Assembly: GCA_964561845.1 (NCBI GenBank)
Contig: CAZLRK010000002.1
Coordinates: forward strand, 1 to 63,011
Reading direction: 5' to 3'
Length of the DNA: 63,011 nucleotides
Source: an uncultured Desulfobacterales bacterium
Lineage (GTDB): Bacteria; Desulfobacterota; Desulfobacteria; Desulfobacterales; JAUVVS01
Shown here: one piece after another, positions 18,180-26,413 of the stretch
Numbering within the stretch: the stretch's first letter is position 1
How the letters are laid out: the number at the start of each line of letters is the position of its first letter
Program-made: the position numbers and the translations under genes
Notes under the pieces: model-generated
Databases searched by the model: none
The model's input: only the letters and a program-made list of their open reading frames with translations
What the model was told of the DNA's origin: nothing

Positions 18180-18711
18180 TTTTGTTAAATCCTATTAAAA
18201 AGCATTAATTTTGATCCATCTTGCGTTTAACCATAAAGGATAACAAGTAACCGAAAGTGTACGATATTTCCACCATTTCGTATGTTTTCATAAAAATTGA
18301 ACAAATCCTGTGTTGATTTTACCATAATTTTTGTTTATAGGCAAATCTCTTCTTTTTTCCCGATTGAGTTTATAGATCCGATGCATTTTATTTTTTCAAT
18401 CTTGACGGTCTCGTAAAAAGCCCAACTTCTGCGTTGTGCTGCATTTCGTAATCATTCAACGTACGATAAGTACGCCTCATAATTACAAAATTTGCACGTC
18501 TTGAATTTGAACTTTTTACAAAATCGTCTAAATCGGACTTTTTACAAAGCCATCAATCTTACCTTTACAATATTTTTTGAATCCGGTATTTGACATCCGG
18601 TAATGATATTTAGTATTGTTGCCACTACATAAAAATAGTGCCTGAACGAAAAGTCATGTTCATGCAAAATTCAGGTATAAAATATATGGAAATTAAAGAG
18701 GATAAAATAAT

Positions 18712-19683
18712 ATGAATCACGGAAAACAAAAAGTAACTATCGCAAAAAAGGGTAAGGGGAAAAAGGCAATTTTTACATTAACAGGGCTATTAGTTCTATG
18801 CCTTTTTGTAATCATAGTGATGGCCAAAAATTCCATAAAGCCTGAATATATTACCCTGAATAATGTGGAAAAGAAAATCAGAGGGACCTATTTCATAAAG
18901 ACAAATCAGGCGATTATCAAACATATGTATGAAAACTGGTTGCCTAATGACCTTTTCTGGCCAACTGTTCTGTTGGATAATATGCCCAATTTCCAGATCG
19001 GTGAACTGGAGGTTGTCAGGTATAATATTAGAGTCTTGAGGGATAATCTATCCCGTATGAGAACAACTGATATGCTGGACCCCTATGCTGAGGAGGCATT
19101 CACTTCCCTTTCTAATGATCCATATAAATGGTGGTTTCCCTCTGCTGAAGGCAAATGGAAATTGAGCTATTATAATCTTGAATCTTTCTATCAGAACCTT
19201 TTAACAAAGAAGTCCAATTTTTATCCGAGGGCCGATAATCTAGTTGAACTTCTCAACCAATATACGTCTCTAATGGGCGGGGTAAATACCAGGCTCATTA
19301 ATGCGCCCGCTGATATTAAAAAAACCGTTTCTATTGAAGAACAGAAAGATGGAAGACCTGGAAGCCCCAAACTGGTTGATATTGATATCCCTTGGTACAG
19401 AATAGATGATAATTTTTATTATGCCATGGGCGTTGCTTACGCCCTTTATGAGTCTTTCAGGGCAATAAGAATTGACTTCATGGATGTTCTTGTTGATAAA
19501 AATTCGGTGAAACTTGTGGATAAGATCCTGGAAAATCTTGGGAGGTGTATTTTCGAGCCGTTGATTGTTTTCAATGGAGATCCTGACAGTATCTTTGCCA
19601 ATCACTCTTTGAATCTTTCGGGAGTATTTAATGATGGCAGGCAAAAAATAAACTCCTTAATCGTAGCCCTGAAACAGGGATAA
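18712..19683 (+). CDS. Membrane-anchored conserved hypothetical protein (DUF2333-like by recollection)
   Basis: 323-aa ORF with one N-terminal TM helix (AIFTLTGLLVLCLFVIIVMA). Motifs LFWPTVLLDNMPNFQIGELE..RADNL resemble DUF2333 as I remember it. Confidence 0.45.
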   Translation: MNHGKQKVTIAKKGKGKKAIFTLTGLLVLCLFVIIVMAKNSIKPEYITLNNVEKKIRGTYFIKTNQAIIKHMYENWLPNDLFWPTVLLDNMPNFQIGELEVVRYNIRVLRDNLSRMRTTDMLDPYAEEAFTSLSNDPYKWWFPSAEGKWKLSYYNLESFYQNLLTKKSNFYPRADNLVELLNQYTSLMGGVNTRLINAPADIKKTVSIEEQKDGRPGSPKLVDIDIPWYRIDDNFYYAMGVAYALYESFRAIRIDFMDVLVDKNSVKLVDKILENLGRCIFEPLIVFNGDPDSIFANHSLNLSGVFNDGRQKINSLIVALKQG

Positions 19684-19735
19684 CTTTTTTTCCCAAGAGA
19701 AAATCAGGTTCTTCCATGCACGAGATGTCTATAAT

Positions 19736-20731
19736 TTAAAGGACCGTTCCCATAAGAATCCCTGAGTCGGTGGGACCTCTAAAAGGTATGCGTTGAATTT
19801 CTTTGACTCCGGCCTTGTACATCATTTCTATGAGCTGTGCTTCGTTATAGGATTGGCCCTTAGGGGTGCCGAGAAGCATGTTCAAGGAAAAAAGAGCGGG
19901 AAAAAGCGGACCGTCCATTGTGTTATCCAGGATAAAGTCATGAATGAGTACGGTCCCACCGGGTTCAAGAGAAGAAACCGCTTTCCGGATAATTATCAGG
20001 CAATCTTCAGGGCCTTCGCCATGCAATATGTGAGAAAGCCACGCCACGTCGTAGGTTCCTTTTATCCCTTCTTTAATATAATTTCCTGCCGAAAAATCGA
20101 TCCTGTCTTCCATACCGAATTTTTCTACGATTTTTTCAGCAAAAGGTTTTGTTGTTGCGAGGTCATATACGGTAGCTTTCAGTTCCGGGTTTTTAAGACA
20201 AAAGTGAATCGCATACGTACCTGGGCCACCGCCGATATCGACAAGATGTTTTCTTCCGGTAAGATTGATTGCCGAAGCAACTTCAGGCGCAATGTACATG
20301 GCATTTGCAAACATGCCCATGAGAAAACTTTCACGCCGCTCCTCCTCACTGAAGGATGATCTTTCTCTGATCGGTTTCCCGGTTTTTATGGACTGATCCA
20401 AATGTGCCCAGGAGTCCATAAGATGATGGTGATGCTTTATCATATAACCGATAAAGCGATTTGAATCTTTTGATAAAAACGCCTTAGAGGCTGTCGTGTT
20501 CTGATATGTTTCCCCTTCTTTATTAAGAAGATTCATGGCCGTCAGTGCGTTTAGAAGCATTATAATGGCCCTCTCATCAATATCCGCCTTTTCCGCAATT
20601 TGTTTTCCGGTTAGATATTGGTCGCCGATGACTGTGAAAATGTCAAGTTTTACACCAGCATGAAGGGCACATGTTTGCCAGTAACTGCCGGACAGTTTTA
20701 GTAAAAGACCTGGATTCCATTCCTGAGTCAT
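19736..20731 (-). CDS. Class I SAM-dependent O-methyltransferase (Methyltransf_2 with N-terminal dimerisation/wHTH domain)
   Basis: 331-aa ORF. LVDIGGGPGTYAI SAM motif and plant-type OMT-like layout. Confidence 0.75.
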   Translation of the reverse strand: MTQEWNPGLLLKLSGSYWQTCALHAGVKLDIFTVIGDQYLTGKQIAEKADIDERAIIMLLNALTAMNLLNKEGETYQNTTASKAFLSKDSNRFIGYMIKHHHHLMDSWAHLDQSIKTGKPIRERSSFSEEERRESFLMGMFANAMYIAPEVASAINLTGRKHLVDIGGGPGTYAIHFCLKNPELKATVYDLATTKPFAEKIVEKFGMEDRIDFSAGNYIKEGIKGTYDVAWLSHILHGEGPEDCLIIIRKAVSSLEPGGTVLIHDFILDNTMDGPLFPALFSLNMLLGTPKGQSYNEAQLIEMMYKAGVKEIQRIPFRGPTDSGILMGTVL

Positions 20732-20793
20732 TATCGTTATCCCTCCTTATAAGTAAATTTATAATTTAATGTGTGTTCCTTTGGCTACAAGCA

Positions 20794-21642
20794 TCAACGA
20801 GTCAATTCTGACCTGAATTTCTTCTCCATTATCCGTTCATAAAAAACTGGTGCAAACCGGCTTACCCAGTAACCTATCTTCCCGGTAGCCGTCAGCACTA
20901 CCATGTGCTTACGCCTAACCGCAGCCTTATATATTGCTTCGGCCACATTTTCAGGCGTTTCCTCGCGTCCCAACCTCGACTGGGGATGGCTTGTAACCTT
21001 CCCGTCTCCACCCATGGCACGTTTTTGAAGGTTCGTTTTTACAAATCCCGGGCATACGATCATAACATGGGCGCCTGTCTGCCGGATTTCCGAACGCAAA
21101 GAAGTAAACAAGCCGTGCAACGCATGCTTGCTGGCGCAGTATCCAGTCCTGCCAAGGAGTGGAGCGACCCCTGCAACACTTTCGATAACAATAATCAGGC
21201 CTTGCCGTTCAATCAGGCTTTTGATGGAAGCTTTAGTGCAGTAAAGTGATCCGAAAAAATTAACGTCCATGATCTTTCGGTACACGGAAATTCGCGTATC
21301 AACAAATGCATCCCGCTGGGTAATCCCGGCATTGTTGACAAGTACATCTATACCTCCGAACCGGTTTATAATTTCCTTGATAGCGGACTCGCATTCCGGG
21401 TAGTTTGTGACATCACATTTTATTCCCAGGACATCATTTCCCCCTGCCTCTAGTTCCCGTACCGGGCCTAGTATCCCTTTTTCATCCATGTCTAAAAGGC
21501 CGATTTTTGCGCCGTCCTTTGCGAAGCGCCTGCAAATTGCCAACCCGATACCGCTTGCACCGCCGGTGACAATAACAACCTTGTTTTTAAACTTTGACAT
21601 TTTTTTACTATCCTTGACAGGATTAACAGGATATTTTTTCAA
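20794..21642 (-). CDS. Short-chain dehydrogenase/reductase (SDR)
   Basis: TGGASGIG, NNAG and YCASKHAL catalytic motifs. Confidence 0.88.
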   Translation of the reverse strand: MKKYPVNPVKDSKKMSKFKNKVVIVTGGASGIGLAICRRFAKDGAKIGLLDMDEKGILGPVRELEAGGNDVLGIKCDVTNYPECESAIKEIINRFGGIDVLVNNAGITQRDAFVDTRISVYRKIMDVNFFGSLYCTKASIKSLIERQGLIIVIESVAGVAPLLGRTGYCASKHALHGLFTSLRSEIRQTGAHVMIVCPGFVKTNLQKRAMGGDGKVTSHPQSRLGREETPENVAEAIYKAAVRRKHMVVLTATGKIGYWVSRFAPVFYERIMEKKFRSELTR

Positions 21643-21652
21643 TGATAAACTA

Positions 21653-22567
21653 TTATAATGAAACAGGTAGCGGCCGGCGCGTAAAAATAAATGAAGCTAT
21701 CAGTCCGGCGATGATATGCCATACCCCCCACCATGCGACTATGATGGCCATACCGCCAAGGCCGTCAAAAAAGTTAAAAACCAAAACAAGCCCCAAAGCT
21801 GAGTTCTGAATCCCCACCTCGATGGAGACTGCACGGCAATCCGGTTCGTCAAGCCGTGCAATGCGTCCGGACCAGTATCCTAAATTCAGTGCAATTGCGT
21901 TATGAATAAAAACGACAAGAATAACCAGACCAACAAAGTTAATAAAGTTCTGCCAGTTAGCGGCAAGAGCCCCAAAAACAATAAGAATAAAAAATACCAG
22001 GGAGAATATCTTGAAAGGCTTTCTTACCCTGTCTGCCAGGTTCGGAAAAATACGTGACAGTAAAAGCCCGATTATCAGAGGTATACCCAAAACAATAAAA
22101 ATTGTAATAAAAACATCCATGGGTTTTAGGCTTACCTGGCGTAGGATTTGTGAGGTATGGGGATTAAGGCTCCCCCAAACAGACAGGTTGAGCGGCGTCA
22201 TGAAAATAGCCGCTGCCGTTGATATGGCGGTCATGGTAATAGATATGGCACAGTTCCCTTTTGCGAGGTAAGTCATGATATTGGACAAATTTCCACCCGG
22301 ACAGGCGGCCACCAATATCATGCCCAGCGCCATGGACGGATGCGGTCTTACAATTAACGTCAGTAGAAATGTAAAGGCAGGAAGCAGGATAAACTGTGCT
22401 ACAAGACCTATACACGGCGCTTTAGGGGCTATCAGGATCCGTTTAAAATCTTCAAGCTTGAGATCAAGGGCAACTCCCAGCATCATCAGCCCGATAGCCA
22501 TATTGATAACAAAAAGTCCCTGGGCGTTGAAGTTCAGCCTAACCTGATCGATAGTTACGAGATCCAT
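21653..22567 (-). CDS. Bile acid:sodium symporter (BASS) family transporter
   Basis: 304-aa polytopic ORF. AACPGGNLSN and SIEVGIQNSALG motifs typical of BASS/SBF. Confidence 0.8.
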   Translation of the reverse strand: MDLVTIDQVRLNFNAQGLFVINMAIGLMMLGVALDLKLEDFKRILIAPKAPCIGLVAQFILLPAFTFLLTLIVRPHPSMALGMILVAACPGGNLSNIMTYLAKGNCAISITMTAISTAAAIFMTPLNLSVWGSLNPHTSQILRQVSLKPMDVFITIFIVLGIPLIIGLLLSRIFPNLADRVRKPFKIFSLVFFILIVFGALAANWQNFINFVGLVILVVFIHNAIALNLGYWSGRIARLDEPDCRAVSIEVGIQNSALGLVLVFNFFDGLGGMAIIVAWWGVWHIIAGLIASFIFTRRPLPVSL

Positions 22568-22614
22568 ACTTATTTTTTCCTCCTGATATCCGATCTGCTT
22601 CTGATTTGAGACAG

Positions 22615-22748
22615 TAAATAATAATTAATAATCAATTGATAATAATTAATGGTTAAGTTAGTGTCCTCCTTTCGTCATAAGCACTAACTTAAACTAAGAG
22701 ACATTAATTATTCACAATTAGCAGTTGATTATTAATTATTAAGTTAGC
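22615..22748. repeat. Hairpin element with inverted TAATTAAT-type arrays
   Basis: aataattaataatcaattgataataattaatggttaagttagtg ... cactaacttaaactaag..cagttgattattaattattaagttag, read directly. Confidence 0.8.
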
Positions 22749-22753
22749 GTTTA

Positions 22754-24448
22754 TCATGCCTTGTAACCTCCCAGGTTGGCAAGTGCGACACTGCCCGGAC
22801 TTACCGTCGTGGGATCGGTCATTACATTAATGCATGTAGTCTTATTGGAAGCAAAGGCTTCTTCAAGCGCCGATTTGATGTCTTCCGGTTTTTCCACAAG
22901 AATCCCCTTGCCCCCTAAAGCTTCCACCAGCTTATGATAATTAATATGGCCGATAAGTGTTCCGTTTTCAATGGCATGTCCAATTCTCAATTCCTGGCTG
23001 TGCCGTATCATGCCCCAACCGAGGTCATTGCTGATTACAACGACAATCGGCAGTTCTTTCCGTATGGCGGTTTCAAATTCCATAAAATTAAACCCCACGG
23101 CGCCGTCACCGATAATCAGGCATACCCGTTTGTTGGGGTTTAGCAATTTGGCAGCATTCGCATAAGGTAGTCCTACCCCAAGGCATGCGTAAAGCCCAGA
23201 ATCAATGTAATGGCCCGGCTGAAGCATGGTCCGGGTCATCCCCATCCATACTTGGGTATCGCCGCCGTCAGCTATAACGATATCATCCTGTCGATTCATG
23301 AATTTATCAACTTCATGAGCGAGACGCATGGGATGAATCGGTACATCTTCACTCTCCCGGTCAGGCAGCGCTTGCTCCTTTCCATCCTTTTCCGCCTGTT
23401 TAAGGGGTGAAATCCATTTAGAGAATTTCTCTCTCAGTTCCTCCTTTATATCCCTTTCATCAATAATCTGATTGCATGCCTCCAGCAACCCTCCGGCATC
23501 GCCGGCAATTGCAAGATCAACAGAACGATTCCGTCCGATCTCTTCCGCTTCTATATCGACCTGGATGAGTTTTGCATCAGGGTTGAACAGGTCGCCGAAA
23601 ATATAGTAAAGGCTTATTCTTGCGCCAAGAAGTATCACAAGGTCGGCGCTCGTATTGGCAATCAGGGAGGCCCCTGGTCTTATGGCAAGGGAGGATTCAA
23701 AACATAGAGGATGAGTGTCCGGTATTAAGCCGCGGCCTAAAGCGGAGGTAAATATGGGAATACCTGTCTTCTCGGCAAAATCAATTAATTCTTTTCCTGC
23801 TTCGGCATACCATACGCCGCTGCCGCCGATAACGATAGGCTTTTCCGCCGTCCTGATCATTTCAACGAGCTCCTTTGCCTTTGCAACATCAACCGCTCTT
23901 GATTCAACGACCGTATTCGTCCTTTTAACCTGTTGCTCTTCAACAGATACGTTTAAAACGTCTACTGGCAGCTCCAGATAAACCGGTCCAGGGCGACCGC
24001 TTATTGCCGTGCGATAGGCCAAATCGAAGAATTCCGGAATACGTTCCGGTTTATGGCATACCAGGGCCTTTTTCACCATGGGCTCAATCACCGGGGCCTG
24101 CCGCATATCCTGCAAATCCAGCTTTTCGATGCTGTCAATTCCTACGCATCCCGATATAAGTATCAGGGGAGAATTTGCCATACGCGCATTAGCAACTGGA
24201 GATAACGCATTGGTAAAACCCGGTCCCGCGGTTACCATGGCAATGCCCGGTTTACGGGTTAGCCGTCCGTATGCCTCAGCCATAAATACCGCACTCTGTT
24301 CGTGTCGCGTGTCGAAAAGCTTTACCTGTGTGCCTTCCAGGTATTGATATATCGGTGTAATGTGTCCGCCGCTTAAAGTAAAAATATAGTCGATTCCCTT
24401 TTCAACCAGAGCTTCCGCAGCCAGTTGGCCGCCTGATACCGTTCCCAT
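22754..24448 (-). CDS. Thiamine diphosphate-dependent enzyme (acetolactate synthase large subunit / 2-hydroxyacyl-CoA lyase-like)
   Basis: 564-aa ORF. N-terminal TPP pyrimidine-binding domain (HEQSAVFMAEAYGR..TAGPGFTN) and C-terminal GDGA..NN diphosphate-binding motif. Confidence 0.85.
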   Translation of the reverse strand: MGTVSGGQLAAEALVEKGIDYIFTLSGGHITPIYQYLEGTQVKLFDTRHEQSAVFMAEAYGRLTRKPGIAMVTAGPGFTNALSPVANARMANSPLILISGCVGIDSIEKLDLQDMRQAPVIEPMVKKALVCHKPERIPEFFDLAYRTAISGRPGPVYLELPVDVLNVSVEEQQVKRTNTVVESRAVDVAKAKELVEMIRTAEKPIVIGGSGVWYAEAGKELIDFAEKTGIPIFTSALGRGLIPDTHPLCFESSLAIRPGASLIANTSADLVILLGARISLYYIFGDLFNPDAKLIQVDIEAEEIGRNRSVDLAIAGDAGGLLEACNQIIDERDIKEELREKFSKWISPLKQAEKDGKEQALPDRESEDVPIHPMRLAHEVDKFMNRQDDIVIADGGDTQVWMGMTRTMLQPGHYIDSGLYACLGVGLPYANAAKLLNPNKRVCLIIGDGAVGFNFMEFETAIRKELPIVVVISNDLGWGMIRHSQELRIGHAIENGTLIGHINYHKLVEALGGKGILVEKPEDIKSALEEAFASNKTTCINVMTDPTTVSPGSVALANLGGYKA

Positions 24449-24472
24449 GTACGCCTCCTTTTATTTTTTTCT

Positions 24473-25321
24473 TTACAATTCCATCAACTGACCGCCTGTA
24501 ATATTTACGGCCTGGCCGGTCAGGTAAGATGATGCTTCCGAAGCAAGAAATGCAACCAGGGCCCCGACTTCATCCGGTCCTCCGATACGATTTAACGGAA
24601 TGGTTTTACACATCTCGGCTTCCCGTTCCTCAACGGTGGAACCTAAAAATTGAGCTTCAAGTTCAAATCGCCATTTTTCAAGGTCAGTCATGATCTGCCC
24701 CGGGCAGATCGCATTCACCCGTATATTGTTTCCCGCAAGTTCCAGTGCCATTATTTTTGTCAGCATTATTACACCCGCCTTGGCAACCCCATATGCTCCG
24801 TTAAAAAGCGACGGAACCTTTCCTGCCCTTGACGCCGTGTTGATGATGCAGCCACCTTGCTCCATCATCATTGGAAGAACCGCCCGTGAGACCTTGAACA
24901 CGCTGTGAAGGTTTACGTCTATGGTCTTCATCCAGGCGCTTTCATCATAGCCGTGAAAAGTATTAGGAACACCAAAAGACGCACCCGTATTGTTGCACAG
25001 AATGTCGATACGGTTGAAATGTTTCTTTACGGCTTCAACCATTTTGTTAATCGACTCATTATCCGTAACATCCATCTCAACAGGCAGCGATTTTATCTGG
25101 AACCTCTTTTCTATTTCTAAAACAATGTCATTCATCTCGGAAGTGGTGGCTGTTTTGACAGGATCATCTTCACCGCCCTTCTCTCCGAGATCGGCAATAA
25201 TTATGTTTGCACCGCCTGCTGCCAGTTTCTTTGCAATGGCAAACCCGATCCCTGTCCGTTTTCCTGAACCTGTAATCAATGCGGTTTTGCCTTTAAGGTC
25301 TTTATACATTTTATCCTCCAT
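24473..25321 (-). CDS. Short-chain dehydrogenase/reductase (FabG-like)
   Basis: TGSGKRTGIG, NNTG and YGVAKAG motifs. Confidence 0.85.
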   Translation of the reverse strand: MEDKMYKDLKGKTALITGSGKRTGIGFAIAKKLAAGGANIIIADLGEKGGEDDPVKTATTSEMNDIVLEIEKRFQIKSLPVEMDVTDNESINKMVEAVKKHFNRIDILCNNTGASFGVPNTFHGYDESAWMKTIDVNLHSVFKVSRAVLPMMMEQGGCIINTASRAGKVPSLFNGAYGVAKAGVIMLTKIMALELAGNNIRVNAICPGQIMTDLEKWRFELEAQFLGSTVEEREAEMCKTIPLNRIGGPDEVGALVAFLASEASSYLTGQAVNITGGQLMEL

Positions 25322-25446
25322 AATTAGTAGCCCTCTATAGCAATTCTATATGTAATCGTTTCTATAATACCCTTGAACTCTGCACTTTAAAATTTCTCAA
25401 AATACGTAACATTTTAGCCTTCTGAAAACAATTAGAAATAGCAAGG

Positions 25447-25601
25447 CGTGTAACTGTCTGAGCGTATTAGTGAGAGTTAAGAAAGAACAGGGATGGAATT
25501 GGTGTGTTTCAAGGGCTGAACGGCATTTATAGCTTAGTTGTTATATTTAAAAGACATGCACTGTTCTTTCTTTACACTCACTTATACGCGAGTTTTACAC
25601 G
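25447..25601. repeat. Long imperfect inverted repeat (about 41-44 nt arms, about 70-nt loop)
   Basis: cgtgtaactgtctgagcgtattagtgagagttaagaaagaacag (25447-25490) versus ctgttctttctttacactcacttatacgcgagttttacacg (25561-25601). Confidence 0.85.
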
Positions 25602-25664
25602 GTTTAAAATTTAATTACCTTTGAAGTGGCGCTGTTTCCAAACAGCTAAAGTATTGCCAAAATA

Positions 25665-26324
25665 CTAGTTATACCATTCTACAATTTTATCCATAGATTG
25701 GCGAGTTTTTGCGCGAGGTTCATTTTTGCGATAGCCAAAAGCCACCATACAGGATACTCCGAATTTTTCTAAATCAATACCAAAACTCTTCTCCAATACA
25801 TCGTTAATTTTTTCAACAATAAAACCCTCCATCGGACAGGAATCAATTCCAATCATTGCTGCGGCCGTCATCATATTGGATAAAGAAATATATGTTTGTT
25901 TGCAAGCCCAGTCAAAGATGCTTCTTTCGTTTTCCAAAAGTTTTAAATCAGATTTTTGGAAATTTTCATAAAAAGCGCTTCTGGTTTTTATTACATCTTC
26001 AGATTGCTTCTGCACATTTTTCATGAAATCTTTTACGTATTGACTACCATATTTCATGAAATAGCTTTTGCGAGCCAAAATCACCACAAGATGGCTTGCT
26101 GTTGGAATCTGCTTTTGTCCGCCCCATGTAAACTCTTTTAATTTCTCACGGAGTTCCCTGTTCTGAACAACTAAGAATTTCCAGGGCTCAAACCCGAAAG
26201 AACTAGGAGACAGTCTTCCCGTTTCCAGAATAAAGCTGAAATCTTCAGTTGTTATTTTCTTTTCATCGTTGAATTCTTTACATGCATGCCTGAAGTTAAA
26301 AGCCTCGATTATTCTTTCTTTCAT
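25665..26324 (-). CDS. NAD(P)H nitroreductase family protein
   Basis: FRHACKEF.., RLSPSSFGFEPW and C-terminal GYR..P motifs. Start set at the Met after GGAGG (26324); the track ORF extends to 26342. Confidence 0.8.
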   Translation of the reverse strand: MKERIIEAFNFRHACKEFNDEKKITTEDFSFILETGRLSPSSFGFEPWKFLVVQNRELREKLKEFTWGGQKQIPTASHLVVILARKSYFMKYGSQYVKDFMKNVQKQSEDVIKTRSAFYENFQKSDLKLLENERSIFDWACKQTYISLSNMMTAAAMIGIDSCPMEGFIVEKINDVLEKSFGIDLEKFGVSCMVAFGYRKNEPRAKTRQSMDKIVEWYN

Positions 26325-26413
26325 GATATTCCTCCATCGCAATGTTTTCTATTATTTGTTGTATATCAGTAGCCGTACCTCAATATTTAATAATTGAGAT
26401 ACGACTCTGTTTT

